Part shown: in pieces, positions 29,116-40,789 of the stretch
How the letters are laid out: every line of letters begins with the position of its first letter
Position numbering within the stretch: position 1 is the stretch's first letter
Source: Hamiltosporidium tvaerminnensis FI-OER-3-3
Taxonomy: Eukaryota; Fungi; Microsporidia
Direction of reading: 5' to 3'
Assembly: GCA_022605425.2 (NCBI GenBank)
Contig: CM061249.1
Span: forward strand, 62,001 to 126,000
DNA length: 64,000 nt
Notes under the pieces: model-generated
Databases searched by the model: none
Told to the model about the DNA's origin: nothing
The model's input: the letters and a program-made list of their open reading frames with translations, nothing else
Program-made: the position numbers and the translations under genes

Positions 29116-31324
29116 TCTCACGGGCCAATAAACCCCCCATGTCCAATAGAACCCCCATTATTTTCAATACATTTTTAATCTTGATAACACCCTTTATTTT
29201 TTCATATAGCCCTTTAATTCCTATATTTTTATAATCCATTTATTACGTTATTCCTATACATCTTCTTATTTTAGTTTCCTTTCCAATATTTCTTATCCAT
29301 TCTTTCTTAATATTTCTTTTGTACAAACAAATGGATGTGTTAATTATGAATAAAATATCCAATAAAATTTATATTTTTCTTTTCAGTTCTTTTTTTGCTT
29401 TTTCGGTTTTTTGCATTTGTTAGTATTTTTAAGGCAAAAATTCGTTGTAAACCTTGATACAGGCACTAAACAACATAACATTGTGTATAAATTCATTTAA
29501 TGCTTTCCTATTATTTGTTTTTTTTCTAAGTATTTAGTTTATGTATATATAAAAATATAATGTACCAAAATGCAAAACGTTGTAAGTTATAAAAAAGTCA
29601 AGAAAAAGAAATTCTTACTGCATATTTAAAAACCGGTCAGTATCCAACTGCGAATTCCAAAGAGGAAAAGAGGTTGTTGAGGCAGAAGTCAAAACATTTT
29701 ACTTTGCTCGGAGATGATATTTGTTTTAGAAGACGCGATCATCTAATAAGAGCCGTTTTTGGATTTAAAACTGCATTGATTAAACAAATTATTCAAATAA
29801 AGCATGCTGTTGCACACATCGGAGTAAATAAAATGATGGCTTTGATTGCACAAAAATACTATGGAATTCCCAAGGAATATATAAAAGAGTATGTAAAAGA
29901 ATGTGAAGCATGTAGTCGATTTAATTCTCTGAAAACAGTTCAGCGAATATATATAAATCATATTACCAAAAATATGATCTTTTTATGGTGGATTATGTAG
30001 ATCTCATGGGATATGCCGATCAAAATGATCAATATAGCTGGATTCTTGATGATATCGACACATTCACAAAACATCTCTGGAGCGTTAAGCTGATTAATAA
30101 AACCTCGGAATATGTAAATCATTTATTAAAATTTTTATTTGACAACTTCCAAGTTCCGGTGGCAATACAATCCGATAACGGTCAAGAGTTTAAAAATACA
30201 CTACTTAAAACCTTTTTAACAGATCTTAACGTCAAAATTATACATAGAAGACCACGAAATAAAAAGACGCAAGGCCAAGTGGAACGTGTAAATCAAACTA
30301 TAAAAAGTTGGTCGGGAAGAAATTGCATGAAACAGATCGAAGAATGTAGAAGGAACATATTAATAATGTTGTTTGTGCATATAACAGAAGAATACATGGT
30401 GTAACAAACAAATCTCCATTTATGCTTTTCTTCGGACAACCAGGTTTTAACAATCCACTTTCTAGAAGCATACTACTTAAAAACTAACCCAGTACGATAG
30501 TGCCTGCTATTGATATAGATCCTGATATAGTTTTAGTCGATGAAAATGCAGCTGATACACAAAGGACCTAGAAATTGCTTCAGATGTACATGAAGAATTT
30601 ACCGAAACGGTAACCACCACAACCACTGTGATAGCTTATGATCTTGAAATCGATAGTAAGATTCGTTCGGATGTAGCTAAGCATTTTAAAAATTATAGAG
30701 AAAGAATTATAGAAAGCAACAAATTCAAATAAACTCAAGATAGATTTGTACATTGGAGATCAAGTTTTGATAAAAAAAAAGACTTCGATATGAATACTAA
30801 AACTAAAAGAGTACCTTTTGATTCTTTTACGATAGTTCGGTTTTTACAGTTACCGCTATTTTGATGAACAACATGATTGAAGTAAAAAAAAATAATGGTG
30901 ACACAAGAATAGTTTTTAGAGGCGTACTAAAACGTATTTAATTTCGTTTACATTGTATTTATAAAAAGCATTTTTTATTGTTTTAGTATTATTATTTAAG
31001 TTTTACTTTATATTCTGGCAAAACTTGAAATATTTTTTTTGGCGGGAAATTCAAGTTAAAAACTAAAATGCATTTTTTAAAGCGACCCAACCCATATTAT
31101 ATTTAGACAAAAAATCACTTCCTTTTTTTTAAATATATGGCCTTTAGGTAAAATATATGAAAATAAAGGGGTTCTATAAATCATTAGAAATAACGGGGGT
31201 TCTATAAATCACTAGAAAATAAAGGGTGTCTGTCTATAAATCATTAGAAAATAAAGGGGGGGGGTATATAGGAAATAATGGGGGTTCTATCGGACATGGG
31301 AGGGGGGTTTATTGGCCCGTGACA
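29116..31324 (+). mobile_element. Ginger2/TDD-like DNA transposon with terminal inverted repeats and a decayed retroviral-type integrase/transposase
   Basis: Left end T(C)TCACGGGCCAATAAACCCCCCATGTCCAATAGAACCCCCATTATTT. The right end is its near reverse complement, ending ...GGCCCGTGACA. Subterminal ~30-bp repeats at 31160-31280. No TSD found. Confidence 0.85.
29598..30940 (+). pseudogene. Frameshifted DDE integrase (HHCC zinc finger plus rve core; KRBA2/SCAND3-like)
   Basis: YLKTGQYP..SKEEKRLLRQK, HAVAHIG...CEAC, IDTFTK, QSDNGQEF and QGQVERVNQTIK occur in successive frames. Confidence 0.85.
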
Positions 31325-32921
31325 TTTATTACCAAGTCATTTTTCATGTTGATATCTTGCTTTATTTTAGTTTTTTGTAAGTTTTATTTTCTATCTTTTA
31401 AGCCAATAATTCGATTTGTAATATTTTATCTACATCTTAAGGTTCTTTAATTTTGGTGTTTTTTTGATTGATATTTTCACTTTTCATTGGCATTTTTTAA
31501 TAGATGTATAGCTTTTCTTTGTATTTAACTCCTTAAATAACATATTTCAATACATCTCTTCTCTCACCAGCATTTAGTCTTGACTCGAAACTCTTTACCT
31601 ATTCAAAGAAAATATTCCGAATTTTTTTATTTAAAATCTAAAAGCCTGTACTTCAATTCTTACTCGTATACCCGTTGTCTTATGCCATATTTTACGATAG
31701 ATTTTAATAATATCGTCTTAGTAATTACACAGTTAATATCTCTGCACCATACTTGTACTAAAAATCAAATGAATCCTTAAAATCTATATCTATTGGGTTT
31801 ATTATTTCTATATTGGAAGTAAATCTTGGGAAGGAATTCTTACTTCATGATTTTTATCTAATCTTTACTATTATCTAAAATTATAAATCTAAAAGGTTTT
31901 AGGAACAATTAAATATTTTAATCCGATAAAAGAAACATTCTTTAACTTTATACAAAATGAATTTTTCTTATAGAAAATTTAAAGATTAAATTTCTGTCAA
32001 CAAAATTAAACTTAAATAGAAATTTCGTTGGCATTACACAACAATTAAATTTTAAAAATGAAAGATCAAAGGAACTAAATTTACATTTTTTTGGGCACTT
32101 TGTGTTTCCTAGTATTATTTACTTGAATGTAGGGCCATCTAAACTTTTTTTGGTCAAAATAAGCTTGATAATTTAGAAATATTATGTTTATGATTTTAAA
32201 CTTGGTATCTAAATCAAATTTGTCTACATATGTTCAAAATTATTTCATAAAGGGTATTTTTCGGTATTTGCTGTCTTTGTATATTCTCTCCTTTCTATTA
32301 TATCTATGATATGAATTTGACTTTTTTTTCCTAATTTTTGAATCAATTTATAATTTTTAAATCAAAATATTTAGTCAAAAATATTCCTTTGTCGATAATA
32401 TTGTGAAAAATGAAATTTTTACCAAAAATATCGACATTTAAGCATTTATAAGATTTTTATTTGGAATTCGAGGCTACAGAAAAAAGAAATAGCTATGAAT
32501 GAATAACCATTGAGTAATTTAAACTGCAAGTTCATTTTTATGCGACTAACAATATCTTTATTAAACAATATAAAAAAAAATTGAAAAGTGAAAGTAGCCA
32601 TTTAGAAAAACGTTATTCTAGATATAGCAACTCCTTTTTATTGCCCAATGTTTCCGAATCATTTATTTTATATTATTTGTATTTAAAAATTCGTGAAAAT
32701 AGCTGATTCCATAAACAAATAACTGCTATATATGCAAAAAATAGTTAATATTCTAATTAAAAGCTAAATAGCATCTTTTTCTTTATTGATGAGAAAAAAT
32801 ACATTTAGAAAGTAATTTATAATGATAAAAAAAGAAAACTACAATATACTATAAGCACGCAATTAAAAAAAAACTTTTTAGAACATACTTGTTTTACTCT
32901 TCATAATAAATATTTAACAAA

Positions 32922-34679
32922 TCATCTTTTGTAAAAATATCGAATAACGAAATATAAATAAATAACTAACGATATGGTATAACCCAACAGAACAGTAAAT
33001 ACACCAATTCTAAACCAATTTGTTTGATTTTGTTTCTTCACGGTGTTTTTATCCATTATGGGTTCGTGTATTGGATATTCCGAAGATTCCCCTGTTGTAA
33101 TAAATCTTAAAATGGCCTCATTTAACCAACTTTCCGTATATGCAAGTTTTGGAAGAAGTTGGATAGTTTCGATTGCAAATGAATTTTTACAAAAGAGAAA
33201 TCCATTCGAATACACTGCAGCTCTACAGATAACCTCTAATTCAGTATCAGAAATATATTCTCTATTCATATCTGCGAGATCCTCTATGTTATCAAATTTG
33301 TATCCTTTAGCGATCAATTCTTTTTTTACAAAATGTACACATCTTTTAATTTTTGGTTCAAAATAAGATTTCATTTGTACTTCAGAGTATGTTTTAATAT
33401 AAAAAAGCATTTCAAAAACCATTCTAATTATTTTTTCATATAAATCCGAAGTAACAATTGAACTTGTTTTCAAACTTAGAAGTGCTGATATGACTGAAAT
33501 TTCATACTTATTATTAATACCACAAAGAATATTGAAGAAATTTCTCATTTTTTCTAAATCATCTGCCGAAAGATCACCATAGCACTGTTTGATAAGTCTT
33601 TGTGAAAAAAATTCATCGTTAGTATTTTTTTCCATAGATTTATCCAAAACACCATCTATAAAAACATCTACGGCTAAATCACCCCTATTTGCAGTCGGAT
33701 CATATAAATTTAAAAACTTATTGTAAAATGCTTTCACCTCATCAATTTCTAAAGTTAAAAATGAAAAATCAGGCATCCAAATTGCCGTTTTTTCTAAAAA
33801 AACAAACAGACCGAGAAATATTGGTTTACATTTTTTACCCAAATACCCATAGTCATCCGAATATTCCGGTCTATTGAATTCAATATGTTTTAATGTAATA
33901 AACATACTAAACAATCTTTCAAAAGAACTTGTCAAGATAAAATGTGCCCATTTGTTTGTATTTATATCATAAAAAACCGTTTTTTCTTTCGAAAAACATT
34001 CTACATCTTTTTGATTTACGATATCAGCATTTATATCATTTATTCCTATAGAAATACTTCTACTTCTTAGAAAATCTTCAGTTTCTTCTTCATTTCGTTC
34101 GGGTTCATAGTCGCGTCCTAATCGAAAACTGTTATCGAAGGAAATTATTGTATTAATTTCAAACTCGGTAAATTTTTCCTCAAATTCCTTGTTGCTTTTC
34201 GAAAGATTATAGGCAGCCGCGAAAGCGACAATATTATATAAAAGTTCGATATTCGGGCAGAATTCAATATGCGGTTGATCAATTTTTTTAAGAAATTCAT
34301 CAAAATACGTTAAATAACAAACAAATGCAATAAAACGTTTCAAAAATTCATGGCAATATTGCTCTGTGACTTTCATTGCATAACTGAAATAAAATCTCAC
34401 CAAAGGCTCGATTTTTTTATTAAAAACGGCATCAAAATCTGTATTTGGAAACATTTCCGATATAATTATTGATATATCACAGTTTAAATTGTAGTCTATG
34501 GTTGGCAAATAAAGCAATTGAAAGTTTCTATTTGTCAGAGGATCTTGTTGCTCAAATGTAGCTACTAAACTGCAAACTTTCTCTTGATTCAATTGTGGTT
34601 GTGCTACAGGTGGTGTTTGTGGTGCTGTCGCTGATATACCAAAATTTGTAATAAGTTGTAAAATCACAAGAAAAGACAT
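32922..34679 (-). CDS. Type I membrane surface protein (585 aa), distant paralog of the 23304 and 37339 genes
   Basis: ATG at 34679 is preceded by CCCCA. Signal peptide MSFLVILQLITNFGISA; TM tail IGVFTVLLGYTISLVIYLYFVIRYFYKR. Shared blocks: ELLYNIVAF/ELLFNLICF, ISALLSLK/ISAVLCLK, IIRMVFEMLF/IPRIISEFLF. Confidence 0.85.
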   Translation of the reverse strand: MSFLVILQLITNFGISATAPQTPPVAQPQLNQEKVCSLVATFEQQDPLTNRNFQLLYLPTIDYNLNCDISIIISEMFPNTDFDAVFNKKIEPLVRFYFSYAMKVTEQYCHEFLKRFIAFVCYLTYFDEFLKKIDQPHIEFCPNIELLYNIVAFAAAYNLSKSNKEFEEKFTEFEINTIISFDNSFRLGRDYEPERNEEETEDFLRSRSISIGINDINADIVNQKDVECFSKEKTVFYDINTNKWAHFILTSSFERLFSMFITLKHIEFNRPEYSDDYGYLGKKCKPIFLGLFVFLEKTAIWMPDFSFLTLEIDEVKAFYNKFLNLYDPTANRGDLAVDVFIDGVLDKSMEKNTNDEFFSQRLIKQCYGDLSADDLEKMRNFFNILCGINNKYEISVISALLSLKTSSIVTSDLYEKIIRMVFEMLFYIKTYSEVQMKSYFEPKIKRCVHFVKKELIAKGYKFDNIEDLADMNREYISDTELEVICRAAVYSNGFLFCKNSFAIETIQLLPKLAYTESWLNEAILRFITTGESSEYPIHEPIMDKNTVKKQNQTNWFRIGVFTVLLGYTISLVIYLYFVIRYFYKR

Positions 34680-36607
34680 TGGGGCTGTCAAAATTTCTAT
34701 ATTATATAAAAATAATTAAAAACGTACTTAAATGATTAAGGAGAAATTTGATATAAAATGGCAAATATTTGGAATCACTTGTTGGATATTTAAAACAAGT
34801 ATTTGATTTATAGAAAAAGGTTGGGTTTTAAAAGAAAAGTCAAATTATTAACTGATAAAAATTCTTTCTTCGAGCTTACAAAAAAGTTTCGTAGAACAGT
34901 TAAAAATTTTTTTTATTCTTTTTTAAAACACTAGAACACTTTTACTTTACAAACAAACCAAAACTTTTATTTTCTTTACACAATTTTAATTTGTATTAGA
35001 AATCTTAAAAGTTCTGCTAAACTCCTATTTGTAGAATTATATGTCAACTCCTTTTTAATACTTAATTTCATAAAACTTTCATTTAATTTATTTTTAGCGA
35101 TTAAAAACTTACTGAAATTTTAAAATAATTTGTTCATTCGTACCTATAATCAGAAATTTCATTATTTTGTTTTAGTGATTTCAAACATAAATTATTTTTG
35201 AAACAAATACATAGAATTGATATTAGGCATTAAAAACATCGCATTTAATGAGCTTATCATTGGATAATCATTTCTTCCCTTTTATCAACCTTTATATTTC
35301 TAAATTAGATTATAATTTACTCAAAGCTTTATTATATTTTACAGAAACATTTTTTTTACCATTTCATTTTATTTACTTGGAATCCGGCATATTTTTTTCA
35401 ACAAATAGTGATTTAAGCTTTCTAGATTATTATTCTTTATAAATATAATCAAATTTGTTTTTCGCTTTATATACAAAATTATGCTATATTATATCTATAA
35501 ATAAAATTTTATAGCTGAAAAGCAAGTCTTATTTAAATATGGGTAGTTTGAATAATTAGAAAGTAAATCGAGGCATCATAGTATTTTATAGGTCTTCACT
35601 TTTTTCTAAGGTTTTTGCTGGAATAAATAATCACATTTTTTATTGTAAATTCATATATATTTGATTTTGAGTTGCATTCTAAATTCTTCAACGGAATATT
35701 TTCTCTTAACTTCAAAATATAAATTTATAAAGTATGAAAATGAGAACGCATCAGCTTCAAATTTTCAAACCATGATTTTAGTAGATTATTGTCCGGATTA
35801 TTCTAACAACCAAGCCCTAAAAACCTACTATAAATCATGCACGCGTTATAGCACTATTGTTTTTTTTTGAATCCCAGATCACAAGTTCAGGAAAATATTT
35901 TACCTAACCGCTTTTAACTTCGTGTTTTAATATTTCATTTCTTATGGTGTGATGTATATAACTCAAATTACAAGCTTTATACATCTTACAATATCATAGT
36001 AAATCTATAAAAATATTGATTTCTAAAGCGTTTCGAAGTTCCCATTTTTAATTTCGGTAAACGTCATATGTTTTTTTTTTAAGAAAATTTATAACCGAAA
36101 TCTTTTTATAAATTTTCTATTTTTTAACACGAGTTATTTAAATTCAGAAATTTCGATTTATCTTGAACAATTCAATGTAAGTAAATATATTCGCGTAGAA
36201 ATGAAAAACTACCCGAGACATAGTAAATCTCGGGTTAACAGAAATACCGCTATATACATCTTACCCTTGATAGTTTATACAATGCCATACAACACATCTC
36301 CAAATCAAAATAATTTGCTGGTTGCATAAATTCGGTCCTACACACGCGCTTCTTGAATAAAACAAAAAAAATGATTATTATATTCAATTTTTCAGGTTTT
36401 GATAGTTACTTGTTTTAAATAACCAAATAAAATTATTTTTAATTCTCATATTTGAGTCATAGAAACAGAAACAGCCATTTAATCTTCAATAAATGAGCTT
36501 TTTATTCCAATGAACTAAATAAACATTGTTATATTTCGATATTTGAAATTGTAAATAATTAAAAAATTAAATTGATTTCCACCAGATATATATATTTTAT
36601 ATTTAAA

Positions 36608-37338
36608 GGTGGAGGGAGGATAACCACATAAAAAACTTTCTGCTTGGCAATGAGTGTGTGAAACTGGTGTGAAGATCATTGTTTGGATTTTTGGTGGGAC
36701 TAAAACCACACTACATCTTCGGTTGTTCCATGGGAGTTTGTATGAGGAGGAGAGGTCTAAGAAATGGTGAAACTTTTTCTACGAATTTATTTGTAGTTTT
36801 TTATGTAACCAGATTGCAGACCGCAGCTGAACATGTAGGTAATCGCCATGTAAAAGCATGGAAACCTAGCCTTGCTCACTCGGGTTAGAAGACTTAGCGC
36901 CTGGGAGATATAAAAATAAAACCAATTAAAAGCCGGGAGAACTAAGTAGCAGGTTATACCTGTTGGTATGACATTGCACTGTCTAGGTGGACCCCATGTA
37001 AATCTCTGAAATATATCTTAGCTAGAAGTTTATTGGGTTCAGAAAGTGTAGAGTAAGTGGGAATGCTGCATAGTCTTGGGGGAGCCCAGGGGGGGCTTCG
37101 GCCTTCGATCACACTCCATGCAACGGACATTAACGAACTCCGGGCAACTGCCTCGCCTAGTAATTAGGTTCTACACACCTGGTAGATGAAAGGCTTTGGG
37201 ACGTAGGTATCGCAGGGGTTACTGATGGAGTTTTGGGGTAGCAGTTATTTATGTTAAACCTAGAACTGCGTTAATGTCATGAAAACAAATATAACACTTG
37301 CCACTATTGTAAAAAGATGTGATATTTTTAAATAAAGT
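36608..37338 (+). mobile_element. Copy 1 of an unclassified ~725-bp dispersed non-coding repeat with predicted RNA structure (SINE-like)
   Basis: Colinear with 47602-48330 (+) and 58583-59305 (-). GC-richer than flanks. Many hairpins including a cUUCGg tetraloop. Ends TTTTAAATAAAGT. Confidence 0.85.
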
Positions 37339-38223
37339 ATGTTTAATGATCAACAGTATAAAGTGATTATACAATTTATTTCTGAGAAAATTGTGGCCAA
37401 GGTTTTAAATAATCAAAGCAGAGTTGATGAAATATTTGAATTCAATGAAAATATAAGCAAATTTCAAAATAAACCAGAAGATCTCAACTTCCCTCGTGTG
37501 TTCTTAGAACTTTTATGTATCGAACGTAATGTGATTTTTATAAAAACATTATATGATTTTTTGAAGGAAAAAACAACAGAACAATATCATAAATATATTT
37601 CCGGTGTATTATGCTTAAAGGCTTTATGCCTCGAAAAAGAAATAGTAAATGAAAAAGAAATTTCAAGAATCATCATTGAATTTCTATTTCTTGCTGATGT
37701 TTTAAAAACGGAATTTGAGAAGATTAAAAAAATAGAAATAATAAAAAAATATAGAAAGGAGTGTATTGATGGTTTCAAACAAATATTCGACCAAAAAAAG
37801 ATTGAATATATTAAAAACCAAGATGGAGATTATTTAAATTGTAATAAAGTACCCAAAACAACAATTTTATTGGAAATATATTGTTTTGTTGAATTGTTTT
37901 CTAAAGATAGTTTTAAAAAGTTTTTAGACAAACGAATAAATGCAAAAATGTTTAAAGAAGAAAAAGAGATTTTCGCAAACGATAGTAAGATTAAGGAAAG
38001 TTATTTAAAAAAAATATTTGAAAATGAAATTTCCACGCTTAGTTCTGAAGGAAAAAAACGTCTCTTTTGCCTTCCCGGACCAGAAAGCCCAAACCCGGAT
38101 CCAGAGTCGAAAAAGTCAGATGGTTTTGGCATCAAAGAAATTATTTTTTACATTTTATTACCGATATTGGCTGTCTCCGGGATATTTATAGTGGGTTACT
38201 TGCTTCTCTACAAAAAAAGATGA
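37339..38223 (+). CDS. 5'-truncated paralog of the 23304 surface protein: C-terminal domain, short Pro-rich linker and TM anchor, no signal peptide
   Basis: Begins at the internal Met of the paralog (MFNDQQYK, 24148). TM tail IIFYILLPILAVSGIFIVGYLLLYKKR. Confidence 0.75.
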   Translation: MFNDQQYKVIIQFISEKIVAKVLNNQSRVDEIFEFNENISKFQNKPEDLNFPRVFLELLCIERNVIFIKTLYDFLKEKTTEQYHKYISGVLCLKALCLEKEIVNEKEISRIIIEFLFLADVLKTEFEKIKKIEIIKKYRKECIDGFKQIFDQKKIEYIKNQDGDYLNCNKVPKTTILLEIYCFVELFSKDSFKKFLDKRINAKMFKEEKEIFANDSKIKESYLKKIFENEISTLSSEGKKRLFCLPGPESPNPDPESKKSDGFGIKEIIFYILLPILAVSGIFIVGYLLLYKKR

Positions 38224-39700
38224 AATAAATTTTCTGATTTATTCTTTTACATTTAATCTTCTGTTTTGTTCTATTCAAAAACAATTCTATGTTTGTACGG
38301 TTTCTTATTATATATTTATTTTACAATTAATTTTTATAGAACAATGCTTCTTTTAAATTTTAAAATTCTATTTACAAGCTATTCTATAAATAATTATTGA
38401 GCTTTTAGATGTCTTTTTTCAAGATTTATAATTCTAAAATATATATTTATGAAAATTATACTTAAATAGTTATTACAGTCTTCTTTTGCCTTTCGGTGTT
38501 GGGGATGAACAATTATATCGTTAGTTTTTTTATTTCGCTTATCAATCAATGTACTGGTCTTTTCTGGATCTATTCTTCCTTTTACAGAATACCTTTTTTA
38601 GGGATTCTGGATGTTTCAATATTCACAAGTTCTTCTATTTTCTCGAAAATCTTTTACTTGTATATTCCAATATTATGTCCCGATTTTTATGATAGGCCAT
38701 TGGTTCGTGATTCAGTTATTTAATTTTTCATTTTGTTTCTTTTAGTTTATTGTGGTTTAGGCTTTTGCGAGTCGGCGCTTAAATCCGGTATTTTTTATAC
38801 TCAACAAAAAATTTAAGCAATGATTTCACAGCGATTTCACATCTTCATTGCAAAACAATTGGTTTTTTATGTAGGTATCTGCCCTCTAAGGTTTGTATTA
38901 TAATAATTTAACTATTTGAATTCTAAGTTTTATTATCCACAAACTTAAAAAATGTATTTTGAAATATTAAAATTGCCAAAAAAAATCATTTTATAATTAA
39001 GGTTTCTAAATTATATTTCGCCGCAAATGGGCTATTGGTATAGATATAAGAATTCACTTCTTAAGGATTGGTTCAATCACTGCTTGATATACTCTTATCT
39101 TTCCTAAAAGAAAATTTGCCCTGAACTGACAACCTAACCAATCGAAATAAAAATGTCTTTGAAATGCATATAACTTAACCAAGCTTTAATTTAATGAGGA
39201 TTGTATTCTTTTCATATCGAAAGAAACCAGATAATATAATATACGGTTAAACATATATATCTTAATTGAATTTGGTTTGAACAAAGAAACCTTCTAGGGG
39301 TGCAAGAGTGTGTTAATATATTGTTATAAATATTTCCGCCGTTGAAATTGATTTTTCTCAGACTAAATACAGGTAATTAAAAATACGAGGCTAAAAAATA
39401 TGTTTATGCTAAAAAATCATTGATTTCCGTAACAATACTACGATCGACTCAACTTTAAACTTATTTTAAATAAAATCAATTCTAACCAACTGATATAAAA
39501 ATTATGAAATATATTTTAAATATGAAAAAATATTTTCATTTTTTTATCAGAAAAATATATTGATTAAGAAACAAAAAAAAACAGAAATTTCTAATTCTGA
39601 GTTTATTATAGCACTTTTCAGCAGATCGTTTGATTATTATCGAATTTCTAAAAAAAATGTTTTTTCTTGTGTTTTATCAGAAATTTTATTTACCGTTGTT

Positions 39701-40438
39701 ATGCCACCAAAACTTCCACCAAAATCGGTAAAGGAGCAAAAGAAAGAATTGGAAGAAAAAATGTTTGGACAAAAGAATAAGAAAAAAAATCTTCAATTAA
39801 AAAAACAAATGGAAAAATTAAAAACGCTAGAAACCGTTTCAAAGAAAAAGGACGACAAAAAGGATGAACGAAAAGAAACGGTACAAAAAGTACCCGTAGG
39901 TGTGGATCCTAAAACAGTTCCCTGTAAACTTTTCTTACAGGGCAACTGCAAGAAAACCAATTGTAAGTTTAATCATGATATTTCCTTAGAACCGAAAAAT
40001 GAAGATCAGCAAGTAAAACTTGTATGTCGTTTTATGTTAGATGCTATGAATTCCGGTCAATATAATTCACAATGGATTTGTCCAGACAAAACATGTAGCG
40101 ATGTACATAAATTAATTGATGTGGATAAAGAAAACGCAGAAATTACTCTTGAAGAATTTCTAGAATTGAGCAGACAAGAAATACAAGAAAACGAAAAATT
40201 AACAGAAGAAACTTTTATGAAATGGAAAAAAAAGAAAATAGAAGAACAGGTGGAGTTTGAAAAGAAAGCACGGGAAATTAAAATGAAAGGAACCGAATTG
40301 TTTCAATTTAAACCAGAAGTTTTTAAGGATGATGAAAGTGCTTTAGAATGTGATTATAGAGAGAGATGCTATAGTGACGAAGAAGATATAATTGATAAAA
40401 TAGCTGAAATGGGAATTAAAAATTCAAAAAACGTTTAA
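39701..40438 (+). CDS. TMA46: Translation machinery-associated protein 46 / ZC3H15 (DFRP1) CCCH zinc-finger protein
   Basis: MPPK start; EEKMFGQKNKK; KVPVGVDPKTVPC-x7-C-x4-C-x3-H; second finger VCRFMLDA...WICP..C...H; ITLEEFLE; LTEETFMKWK. True ATG is 39701, not the TTG at 39560. Confidence 0.9.
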   Translation: MPPKLPPKSVKEQKKELEEKMFGQKNKKKNLQLKKQMEKLKTLETVSKKKDDKKDERKETVQKVPVGVDPKTVPCKLFLQGNCKKTNCKFNHDISLEPKNEDQQVKLVCRFMLDAMNSGQYNSQWICPDKTCSDVHKLIDVDKENAEITLEEFLELSRQEIQENEKLTEETFMKWKKKKIEEQVEFEKKAREIKMKGTELFQFKPEVFKDDESALECDYRERCYSDEEDIIDKIAEMGIKNSKNV

Positions 40439-40789
40439 ATTTTTTTTTATTTAAATTTAATTTTTTTAAAATTTTCTTCTAAAAATAGCTTAAATTTGTT
40501 ATTTTATAAAGTTTTTTTAATATTTCAATAAGTTATAGGTCGTTTTTTAATTTAATTCTAAAATAAAAAAAAATTCGCTTTTTTACTGGAGATTTGCACC
40601 AAACATTTCATTTTAGTAAAAATAATTAGAAATTCTATTCAAGTCTTGAAAAATTGAGATAAAAATTGTAATTATATATAATTATAAGCCAGGAAAATAC
40701 ATCAGTAGAACAAAATAAATATAGCATATATTTCCTTGAAAATTTAGATTATGAATTCAAATTTCTTGATTCTTAAATATTTCAATTTA

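Noticed and set aside
36679-36888. Small ORFs within the 725-bp repeat (also 58971..59261 and 58775..59023)
   Set aside because: Reading frames are not preserved between copies because of indels.
36815-37080. Group I intron-like words in the repeat (CCGCAGC, AGACT(T)A, ATAGTCT)
   Set aside because: No P element or P4 pairing in the right order, and the R-like word is not conserved in copy 2.
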